A DNA stretch of 39,586 bases from a virus (taxonomy: Duplodnaviria; Caudoviricetes). This document shows, one piece after another, positions 17,701-25,170 of the stretch. Made by a program: the position numbers and the translations under genes. Under the pieces are notes generated by a model. The model was not told the origin of the DNA. It saw only the letters and a list, made by a program, of their open reading frames with translations, and did no database searches. How positions within the stretch are numbered: the first letter of the stretch is position 1; each line of letters opens with the position of its first letter. Where the stretch lies: positions 1 through 39,586 of the IMG/VR virus record IMGVR_UViG_3300032243_000160. One strand, written 5' to 3'.

Positions 17701-18149
17701 GCAGCACCGAAGCACCTATCAGTATCAACTTAAAAACAGCAGGCGGTACACAGATTACTCTGCGTGCAGAAACACCTGATGAATTTACAGCACTAACATC
17801 TAACGTCTTCCAGATTGTAGAAGCAGTCGGAGAAGTAGAAACAGCAGTACGTGGTAGTAATGCAGCAGTACCACCTAACCCTGCAATTGCTACACTTGCT
17901 ACACAACTTGGTGCCACTGTTATCAGTGAGCAACCAGCATCTGTATTCTCAGCAGTACCAGGAGCAGGTGCTCGTCAATGCCCACACGGTACAATGACAC
18001 GCATCTATGGTATGACTGGTAAATTTGGTCCATACAAGGGACACTTCTGCCCTGCTAAACAAGGCGACCCAAGTAAGTGCACAACTATTTATATCAAAGC
18101 AGGCTCACCAGAGTTTGCATCATTTGTAGCAGACCAAACAAAAGCATAA
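17697..18149 (+). CDS. Hypothetical replication/recombination protein with C-terminal Zn-binding motif
   Basis: CPHG...HFCP...C. Lies between exonuclease and helicase. Confidence 0.7.
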   Translation: MSSTEAPISINLKTAGGTQITLRAETPDEFTALTSNVFQIVEAVGEVETAVRGSNAAVPPNPAIATLATQLGATVISEQPASVFSAVPGAGARQCPHGTMTRIYGMTGKFGPYKGHFCPAKQGDPSKCTTIYIKAGSPEFASFVADQTKA

Positions 18150-18965
18150 GTGAAAACACTTCGCCGTAGTATTGGCAAGCCTGAAGTAGGTGGGGAGCCG
18201 TTAGCCCCACCATTTCAAGCATTCCAACGTGAGGGTATGATTCTGCGTAGAGCAGAAGTATCCGTCATAGCAGGTACTCCAGGCGCAGGTAAGTCTAGTA
18301 TTGCATTACATATAGCAGCAAGATTAAAACAACCAACATTATATTTTTCTGCTGATACTAATGCACATACAATGGCAATGCGTTTGCTTGCTATGAAAGC
18401 CAAGATAACACAGTCAGCAGCAGAACATATGCTCAAGACTAATACAGCATATGCAGAAAACTTACTCAAAGAGTTTGGTAATTTGTATTGGTCATTCGAA
18501 CCTAGCCCTTCACTTGCTGACTTAGCAGATGAAGTGTCAGCGTTTGAAACTATGTGGGGCAGAAGCCCTACGCTTATAGTTGTAGATAACCTAATGGATA
18601 TTGCAACTGATGGGCAAGAAGAATTTGCAGGCATGCGTTCTGTTATGAAAGAACTAAAGTATCTTGCAAGAGATACCAATGCATGTGTGCTTGTACTACA
18701 CCATACCAAAGAAGGTTCACAAGGATTTCCTTGTCAACCACGTTCAGCATTACAAGGTATGGTTAGTCAGATACCAGCAATGGTATTAACAGTAGGGCAA
18801 TTGATGCAAGGACAAGATGCATACTTATGCGTAGCACCAGTAAAGAATCGTTATGGCAAGGCTGACTTCACTGGTAATACTTACGTACAACTATCATTCG
18901 ACCCAGCATCTATGTACCTAGAAGATGTAGTCCGTGATTACCAACAAGTAGAGATGAAGGTATAA
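18150..18965 (+). CDS. DnaB/RecA-fold helicase-like ATPase
   Basis: Walker A GTPGAGKS, Walker B LIVVDNL, VLHH and KNRYG (arginine finger). Confidence 0.9.
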   Translation: MKTLRRSIGKPEVGGEPLAPPFQAFQREGMILRRAEVSVIAGTPGAGKSSIALHIAARLKQPTLYFSADTNAHTMAMRLLAMKAKITQSAAEHMLKTNTAYAENLLKEFGNLYWSFEPSPSLADLADEVSAFETMWGRSPTLIVVDNLMDIATDGQEEFAGMRSVMKELKYLARDTNACVLVLHHTKEGSQGFPCQPRSALQGMVSQIPAMVLTVGQLMQGQDAYLCVAPVKNRYGKADFTGNTYVQLSFDPASMYLEDVVRDYQQVEMKV

Positions 18966-19108
18966 TGCCTAAGTATAGAGTTACATTAGAGCAACATAAA
19001 GAAAAAATTATTCGAGCATCATCATTAGATATTGCAACAGAACGTGCAAACAAAATGGTTAAAGGTAACTGGCAAGTATCTGAAGTTAAAGAAGCACCAG
19101 AAGAATGA
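18965..19108 (+). CDS. Small hypothetical protein (47 aa; not in ORF track)
   Basis: MPKYRVTLEQHKEKIIRASSLDIATERANKMVKGNWQVSEVKEAPEE. Coupled at both ends. Confidence 0.7.
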   Translation: MPKYRVTLEQHKEKIIRASSLDIATERANKMVKGNWQVSEVKEAPEE

Positions 19109-19470
19109 GTAGCGCAGCCAAAGCCAAAGGCTCAGGAGCCGAACGAGATGTAGTTAAGTATCTTAAAGAATGGTTTCCTTATGTTGATAGGCGATTGGCT
19201 GGTGCAACATTAGATAAAGGTGACATCTCAGGTATACCTGGAGTTACAATAGAAATTAAAAACCACGCCAAGATGAACTTGGCTGGATGGGTAGAAGAAT
19301 TGTTAGTTGAAATGGCTAACGATAATGCATGGACAGGTGTAGTGTGGCACAAGCGGGTGGGTAGGGGAAGTCCAGCCGATTGGTATTGCACTATGCCTGG
19401 TCATGTATATGTAGATTTACTACAACGAGCATTGATTGGTGGACATACAGATGGACAAGCCAAGCATTGA
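19105..19470 (+). CDS. Holliday junction resolvase-like PD-(D/E)XK endonuclease
   Basis: KAKGSGAER...GDI...IEIKN (Hjc-type). Confidence 0.8.
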   Translation: MSSAAKAKGSGAERDVVKYLKEWFPYVDRRLAGATLDKGDISGIPGVTIEIKNHAKMNLAGWVEELLVEMANDNAWTGVVWHKRVGRGSPADWYCTMPGHVYVDLLQRALIGGHTDGQAKH

Positions 19471-19828
19471 AGAATATCTACAGTTCATTGGAGCAAATAC
19501 TCCAGCAGTAGGTAGCGGATGGCGCAAGATGAAGTGTCCATTTCATAGTGATAGTCATGCAAGTGCAGCAGTAAACTATGATAAGAATGCTTTCATATGT
19601 CATGGTTGTGGTGTTAAAGGTGATACGTTTAGTTTAATTATGTACAAAGAAGGGGGAGACTATCGTGAGGCTGTCAAGTTCGCAACGTCAGTTCTTACTA
19701 CAGGCAACACAGAGATACGCAGCAAGCATAGAAGTAGCGAGCGAGTATCTTTTAAACCGAAGTCTGTTGGTAGAAGAAGCACGCATCTTTCATCTGGGGG
19801 TAGTCGTAGACCCAGTTCCAGGGCATGA
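19451..19828 (+). CDS. DNA primase zinc-binding (CHC2) subunit
   Basis: CPFHSD...FICHGCGVKGD motif. Confidence 0.88.
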   Translation: MDKPSIEEYLQFIGANTPAVGSGWRKMKCPFHSDSHASAAVNYDKNAFICHGCGVKGDTFSLIMYKEGGDYREAVKFATSVLTTGNTEIRSKHRSSERVSFKPKSVGRRSTHLSSGGSRRPSSRA

Positions 19829-20300
19829 AGCATACAAAGGTAGACTTGCAATACCATACATAACACCATCAGGTGTAGTTGATATTAGATTTCGTGGTAT
19901 GCATGGCGAAGACCCTAAGTATCTAGGATTAGTAGGCAGCAAAACAACTATGTTTAATACACAGGCTTGTTTTGTTGCAGATAAATATATCTGTGTCACC
20001 GAAGGTGAATTTGATTGTATTATGATGTCAGTTAAAACTCTTCATCCAACCATTGGTATTCCTGGTGCTAACAATTGGAAACCACACTATAATAAAATAC
20101 TTGATGACTTTGAAATTGTAATTGTATTAGCAGATGGTGATGCAGCAGGACTAGAGTTCGGTAAGAAAGTTAGCCGAGAGTTAGGCAATGTTAATATCAT
20201 TAGCATGCCTGACGGTGAAGATGTAAACAGTATGATGACTAAGGAAGGGAGCAGATGGATAGATGAGCGAATCAGAGAATGCATTACCATTGGACAGTAG
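19665..20300 (+). CDS. DNA primase catalytic (Toprim) subunit
   Basis: RLAIPY, PKY, VTEGEFD and DGDAAG motifs. Own RBS AAGGGGGAG before GTG. Confidence 0.9.
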   Translation: MRLSSSQRQFLLQATQRYAASIEVASEYLLNRSLLVEEARIFHLGVVVDPVPGHEAYKGRLAIPYITPSGVVDIRFRGMHGEDPKYLGLVGSKTTMFNTQACFVADKYICVTEGEFDCIMMSVKTLHPTIGIPGANNWKPHYNKILDDFEIVIVLADGDAAGLEFGKKVSRELGNVNIISMPDGEDVNSMMTKEGSRWIDERIRECITIGQ

Positions 20301-20571
20301 TTTCTGGGAACACACAGAACACTTAGACTTTACTGTAGGCATACCAGTGTCGGAGACACGCATGATGGATGTGATACAGGTACTCCGAGATATATATGAA
20401 ACAGTAGAAGAAGATGTAAAAGAAGGAAAGAAACTTATTATTGCCATGGCATCAATCCTTGTAGCCTCACGCTACGATAAGGCTGATGAACTATGGGAAC
20501 AGTTTGCAGTAGAAGAAGCCATGAAAGACTTTGACAAACACTTGAAAGGAATACTTAATGAAAAACCTTGA
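20263..20571 (+). CDS. Hypothetical protein
   Basis: Operon packing. Start may be TTG 20290. Confidence 0.7.
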   Translation: MSESENALPLDSSFWEHTEHLDFTVGIPVSETRMMDVIQVLRDIYETVEEDVKEGKKLIIAMASILVASRYDKADELWEQFAVEEAMKDFDKHLKGILNEKP

Positions 20572-20875
20572 AGATGCTAAAGCAATTACAATAGAACTAC
20601 TTACAATTTTATACAAAAAACATGAAGACTATGGTCCAATGAACATAGCAGGAGCACCAGGTGGTGCCATGAATGGGCTACAAGTCCGCATGTATGACAA
20701 ATTAGCCAGACTTAATAACCTTATAAATACAGGCGACACGCCCAAGTACGAATCAATAGAAGATACACTAGTTGACCTTGCAAACTATGCCATAATCGCA
20801 CTACTAGTCCAACGTGGACAGTGGGAAGGCGTACCTAATGGCGCAGCGAAGCAGACGGATAGTAGTCCTCAGTGA
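20558..20875 (+). CDS. DUF1599 / nucleotide-modification-associated domain protein (all-alpha NTP-PPase-like)
   Basis: KKHEDYG...RMYDKLARL...ESIEDTLVDLANYAII motif. Confidence 0.75.
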   Translation: MKNLEDAKAITIELLTILYKKHEDYGPMNIAGAPGGAMNGLQVRMYDKLARLNNLINTGDTPKYESIEDTLVDLANYAIIALLVQRGQWEGVPNGAAKQTDSSPQ

Positions 20876-21587
20876 CTTACAAATTCCGTACCAAGACAAC
20901 CGTGCGGTAGACGCAACACTTGATTTCATTAAGGCTTACAAGCCTGATGAATTGTGGTGCGTTGGTGATGAACTAGACGCACCAGAACCAAGTCGTTGGA
21001 ACAAAGGAATGGCAGGAGAGTACGCAGGTACTCTACAAACAGGCATTGATTTAACAAATGAAATTATGTCTGAGTATCGTAATGCACTAGGAAAAAAGAA
21101 ACCATTTTATATTCAACGCAGTAATCATACTGACCGCATTGATACATACATGCGTAAGTATGCACCTGCATTCTCATCTCTTAAATCATTAGAGATAGAA
21201 ACATTATTAGGTTATGAAGCATTAGATATTACTTACTTACATAAGATGCATGAACTACTACCTGGTTGGGTAATGGCACATGGTGATGAAGGTTCGCTTA
21301 ACCGTGCCCCTGGTGCTACAGCATTAAACCTTGCTAAATCTTTAGGCAAATCAGTAGTGTGTGGACACACACACCGCACTGGTTTACAACATGAGACCCG
21401 TGGATTCTACGGCAAGACACATACATTGTTTGGTCTTGAAGTAGGACACATGATGGATATGTCACAGGCTAGTTACCTAACATCTGGTAACGCTAACTGG
21501 CAACAAGGTATTGGTATTCTTATTCAAGACAAAGGTGTAGTTACACCACATGCAGTACCAATCATTAACGGGGTAATTAACTTCTAA
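20838..21587 (+). CDS. Calcineurin-like metallophosphoesterase
   Basis: SDLQIP, VGDELD, SNH, HGD and GHTHR motifs. Confidence 0.88.
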   Translation: MAQRSRRIVVLSDLQIPYQDNRAVDATLDFIKAYKPDELWCVGDELDAPEPSRWNKGMAGEYAGTLQTGIDLTNEIMSEYRNALGKKKPFYIQRSNHTDRIDTYMRKYAPAFSSLKSLEIETLLGYEALDITYLHKMHELLPGWVMAHGDEGSLNRAPGATALNLAKSLGKSVVCGHTHRTGLQHETRGFYGKTHTLFGLEVGHMMDMSQASYLTSGNANWQQGIGILIQDKGVVTPHAVPIINGVINF

Positions 21588-22273
21588 TGATTAACTACAT
21601 CTCCGAATACAACGACATGGTAAAGACTCTTGCTGCTGAGTATGCTCGTAAATACAGCATGATAGACCAAGATGATATTGCCCAAGAGTTATGGGTGTGG
21701 TTTGTTGCACATCCTCGTAAGTATAAGGAGTGGTCAGCATTACCCAAGAAAGACATGGATAAATTAATAGCCAAGTCTTTACGTAACGCAGCACTTAAAC
21801 ACTGCGAGTATGAAAAATCTAAGAAGATTGGGTATGACACATCAGACTTGTATTACTATGACGCATCAGTTATAGAAACATTTCTACCTTCAATTATATC
21901 TGAATCATATGAGATGCCTGCCAGTCTTAAGGACTTAGGCAACTCTGTTAAGAATCTTAATGTTAGCGATGGAATGAATTGGTTATCTTTACGCTCAGAC
22001 ATTGCATCAGGATTCTATAAACTATCCGAAAATAAGCAAAATATATTACGTCTGCGCTTTAGTGTTGACTCACCAGACTGGAATACATTAGCCAAAGATA
22101 TGGATAGCACCCCCGATGGGGCACGTATGAAAGTACAACGAGCAATCAATTCATTAATCAAACACCTAGGCGGATGGCACTCATACAATGACAAAGACAA
22201 TCAAGAAGAACCAACCACAGACAAAGGAACAGATAGCGCAGAAGATGCAACAGCAGACATCACCGAAGAGTGA
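21587..22273 (+). CDS. Phage sigma-70/ECF-like RNA polymerase sigma factor
   Basis: Region-2-like DDIAQELWVWF and region-4 HTH LSENKQNILRLRF...LAKDM...ARMKVQRAINSL. Confidence 0.75.
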   Translation: MINYISEYNDMVKTLAAEYARKYSMIDQDDIAQELWVWFVAHPRKYKEWSALPKKDMDKLIAKSLRNAALKHCEYEKSKKIGYDTSDLYYYDASVIETFLPSIISESYEMPASLKDLGNSVKNLNVSDGMNWLSLRSDIASGFYKLSENKQNILRLRFSVDSPDWNTLAKDMDSTPDGARMKVQRAINSLIKHLGGWHSYNDKDNQEEPTTDKGTDSAEDATADITEE

Positions 22274-22943
22274 TGACAAAATACTTCTAGGCTGGTGTGA
22301 TAACGGGCTAGTAGATGGCAAGTTTACTGAAGGTATTGTTTATAGTCTTATCACTGGTGCTATACCTATCCACTCAGCCATGCGTGTACAAGGTAATCAA
22401 ATAGGACGACAACGTCAGACAGCCCTTGAACATTGGTATGACAAGACAGACTATGACTGGATGCTGTGGGTTGATAGTGATATTGAAATGACTAAAGAAG
22501 CATTACAACTTGTATGGAATGCGGCAGATAAAGATGAACGTCCTGTAGTTACAGGTACATACTTTATCTCTAAAGAAAATGAACGCAGTCTTATGGCTCC
22601 ATACCCTGCGGTATTTAATTGGGTTGAAGGAGATGATTATAAGATTCAATACGTGCACCCGCTCCCTGCCAACGCACTCATTAGAGTTAATTGTGCAGGC
22701 TTTGGCTTTGTGCTTATGCACCGCAACGCAGTAACGCAAATGCGTAAGGTGCATGGAGCAACAACCTACTTCAATGAAACAGGAGTAGGTGAACAGTTTG
22801 TATCAGAAGACATTAATTTTTTCCGTCTCATGAGTAAGGCTGGTGTACCACTATATACACACACAGGTGCAACAGTTAAACATATGAAACGCTTTGCGCT
22901 TGATATTGAATACTATAAGTTCTTTTGGAATAACACACCATGA
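22188..22943 (+). CDS. GT-A fold (family 2-like) glycosyltransferase
   Basis: WMLWVDSDI (DxD), AGFGFVLM, SEDINFF and HMK motifs. Start uncertain (22188 or 22245). Confidence 0.82.
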   Translation: MTKTIKKNQPQTKEQIAQKMQQQTSPKSDDKILLGWCDNGLVDGKFTEGIVYSLITGAIPIHSAMRVQGNQIGRQRQTALEHWYDKTDYDWMLWVDSDIEMTKEALQLVWNAADKDERPVVTGTYFISKENERSLMAPYPAVFNWVEGDDYKIQYVHPLPANALIRVNCAGFGFVLMHRNAVTQMRKVHGATTYFNETGVGEQFVSEDINFFRLMSKAGVPLYTHTGATVKHMKRFALDIEYYKFFWNNTP

Positions 22944-23041
22944 GTAAAGAAATAGAAGTTACATGTGTACATTGTAGCCGTGTATATAAAATACCAGAAA
23001 AAGAAATACGCACTCCATATTATTGTTGGATATGTAGATAA
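22940..23041 (+). CDS. Zn-ribbon microprotein (33 aa; not in ORF track)
   Basis: MSKEIEVTCVHCSRVYKIPEKEIRTPYYCWICR. Coupled at both ends. Confidence 0.65.
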   Translation: MSKEIEVTCVHCSRVYKIPEKEIRTPYYCWICR

Positions 23042-23232
23042 TGGATGACCTAAGAGGTGTGCCTACTTTTGCTTGCATTTGCGGTTGTCTTATGTTTGAG
23101 ATTACAGTAATGTGGGATGAAGATACCAGAGCAGTAGGCTGGTATGACCTTACTCAAAAATGTAAAGATTGTGGCACAATTACAACAGCACCTACAGAAA
23201 TAGATGGCATGGACGGAGACGATTGTGTATGA
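23041..23232 (+). CDS. Small Zn-binding protein
   Basis: CICGC...CKDCG. Confidence 0.75.
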   Translation: MDDLRGVPTFACICGCLMFEITVMWDEDTRAVGWYDLTQKCKDCGTITTAPTEIDGMDGDDCV

Positions 23233-23425
23233 GCAAAGACTAAAAGAACTAGGACAGATGGTTCAATTACTTGTTACTATGGTTGATGACTTAGGTAGAA
23301 ACATTGACGCTATCTATAAAGAACTAGATATGGTTGATGAAGAAAACCCAGTAACTTCAACCTATGACTTCTGTGATTGTGATAAACACTACGGGCACAT
23401 ATGCCAAGAGATACATAGGATATAA
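23225..23425 (+). CDS. Small coiled-coil hypothetical protein
   Basis: GTG 23225 after GGAG (alternative ATG 23204). Confidence 0.6.
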   Translation: MYEQRLKELGQMVQLLVTMVDDLGRNIDAIYKELDMVDEENPVTSTYDFCDCDKHYGHICQEIHRI

Positions 23426-23428
23426 AGA

Positions 23429-23596
23429 ATGCCATATTATGACTTCAAATGCGAGACTTGTAGCACGGTAGTGGAGTTAGAAGACACGACAGCAACAGGA
23501 TGCACTACCTGTGGTAATACAATGACTAGAATCTGGAACAGTCCTGGAATACAATTCAAGGGCAGCGGGTTCTATACAACTGACAAAGGAAGATAA
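23429..23596 (+). CDS. FmdB-family zinc ribbon regulatory protein (55 aa; not in ORF track)
   Basis: MPYYDFKCETC...CTTCG...IQFKGSGFYTTD signature. Confidence 0.88.
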   Translation: MPYYDFKCETCSTVVELEDTTATGCTTCGNTMTRIWNSPGIQFKGSGFYTTDKGR

Positions 23597-23859
23597 TGTA
23601 TAACTTCACAACCGAAGCAAACTGTATAGGTATAGATGTAGAGATGTTCTTTACAAAAGATGGTCATAGTAATTTTCCTGAAGACACTTTACTTAAACAA
23701 ACCTGTGGTAGTTGTATAGTAAAGACGGAGTGTCTAGACTATGCACTACATAACAAAGTGTTAGGTTGGTGGGGCGGTACATCAGAACTACAACGTAAGA
23801 AATTACGTAAACAACTTAACATAACACCATTACCCATACTAACAGAAGGAGCAGCATGA
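23596..23859 (+). CDS. whiB: WhiB-family Fe-S transcription regulator
   Basis: Four Cys (C...CGSC-x5-C), MFF, GWWGGTS turn and basic tail. Confidence 0.92.
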   Translation: MYNFTTEANCIGIDVEMFFTKDGHSNFPEDTLLKQTCGSCIVKTECLDYALHNKVLGWWGGTSELQRKKLRKQLNITPLPILTEGAA

Positions 23860-24080
23860 GTACATTTGCATCAATTACATGGGGTATTGTTGCAGGCTTT
23901 ACTGTCCTGCAAGCAGTTGAAATACTAACTGATTACATAGAAGGATACATTCATCATCGCCGTTTTCATAAAGCGGTAAGTCAATTTGAAGATGAGTGGG
24001 ATGAGTATGTGTTTGAAGTAGAACAAAACAAACCAGTCCGCAAGAAAAAAACAGCAAAAAAAACAGTTAAACGTAGGTAA
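23856..24080 (+). CDS. Small membrane protein with Lys-rich tail
   Basis: N-terminal hydrophobic helix. RBS AAGGAG. Confidence 0.7.
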   Translation: MSTFASITWGIVAGFTVLQAVEILTDYIEGYIHHRRFHKAVSQFEDEWDEYVFEVEQNKPVRKKKTAKKTVKRR

Positions 24081-24084
24081 GCAG

Positions 24085-24142
24085 GGACAAAAAAAGAACC
24101 CCGCCTGGTAGGTTAATGTACCAGAGCGGGGTCTTCTTGTCT
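24085..24142. terminator. Bidirectional terminator between convergent arms
   Basis: A7 tract, stem ACCCCGC-CTGGTA...TACCAG-AGCGGGGT, then TCTTCTTGTCTT. Confidence 0.85.
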
Positions 24143-24170
24143 TATAGGGGGCTTGTAGCCCCTTTAAAGG

Positions 24171-24413
24171 CTATGCTAGGGGGTCTTGTGTGCCTTCTAC
24201 TACAGCGGCTGCCTTCTTCATTGCTGGCTGAGCGGCTGGGAATTGGTCTCCTGGGTTAGCCCAACGTAGGATTACGGGGATAACTGCAGCAGCACCAGAA
24301 GCAAACAAAGCCTTAACGCTTGTATTGCCTGTCATATATGAGGCTACAACGGCAGCGATAAATGCACGTGCATATGTACCGAGTACTGTGTATACCTTAG
24401 GTGAGATGTTCAT
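24171..24413 (-). CDS. Holin-like membrane protein
   Basis: Two hydrophobic segments (TYARAFIAAVVA; AAAVIPVILRWANP), directly after the endolysin. TAATG coupling. Confidence 0.7.
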   Translation of the reverse strand: MNISPKVYTVLGTYARAFIAAVVASYMTGNTSVKALFASGAAAVIPVILRWANPGDQFPAAQPAMKKAAAVVEGTQDPLA

Positions 24414-24910
24414 TACTTGCTCCATTTCGGTGTGCCAAACCCAACAATAAATGCTGTGAGTTTGCGTTTGTTGTCTTTTCTGTAAGCGCGGATGCGCTGT
24501 GCTACTTCTCCACCATTTGCCTGAGACCCTTTAGTCTTATGCTCTGATGATGTATTGCCCTCAATGGTAGTAACTGTCCCATCAAGATTATCTTTAACTA
24601 CAATACCAACGTGCTCAACTGGAGCACCGCCTTCTACAAAGTCAAAGAAAACTATATCGCCAGCCTTAGGCTTGGCTGTTGCTGCATTTGCCCATGAACC
24701 TATACCTTGAAATCCTGCTACACCTGACGGTGTATAAACTACGTTAGGCATTTGTTGCTTTATCTGTGCAGCACACCACATAACAAATGAACCACACCAT
24801 GGTTGTCCATTATGTTTGGTAAACTCACCATACTTTGTAATGTTATTGCCTGTTTCAACTGTACCAATTTCTTTTGTGGCTACTGCCACTAAGTCCTCTG
24901 CTGTTGCCAT
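24413..24910 (-). CDS. CHAP-domain endolysin
   Basis: QPWCGSFV (Cys), HVGIV (His) and TIEGNT. Confidence 0.9.
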   Translation of the reverse strand: MATAEDLVAVATKEIGTVETGNNITKYGEFTKHNGQPWCGSFVMWCAAQIKQQMPNVVYTPSGVAGFQGIGSWANAATAKPKAGDIVFFDFVEGGAPVEHVGIVVKDNLDGTVTTIEGNTSSEHKTKGSQANGGEVAQRIRAYRKDNKRKLTAFIVGFGTPKWSK

Positions 24911-25164
24911 TACGCTTCCGCCCTTGCTTTCATTACTTCTACATCAATTTTAATCTGTTGTTGATTCTCTATTAATTGGTCTACTTTGTTAATCAATCCA
25001 GTCTTGCCATCGTTGTAAAGAGCGTAATTAATTTTAGTTAACTGGTCTTTAAGTTCTTCTGTATGTTTTTGTATTGTATGTTTGGCTATCATTGCAATAC
25101 CAGCAAATAATGCTGCGGTAACAAAGAAGTATGAGTAAACAACAGTGGCTAAATCGGGAGACAT
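24910..25164 (-). CDS. Single-TM coiled-coil protein of the lysis cassette
   Basis: N-terminal TM helix, position upstream of the endolysin. Confidence 0.65.
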   Translation of the reverse strand: MSPDLATVVYSYFFVTAALFAGIAMIAKHTIQKHTEELKDQLTKINYALYNDGKTGLINKVDQLIENQQQIKIDVEVMKARAEA

Positions 25165-25170
25165 TGCAAG

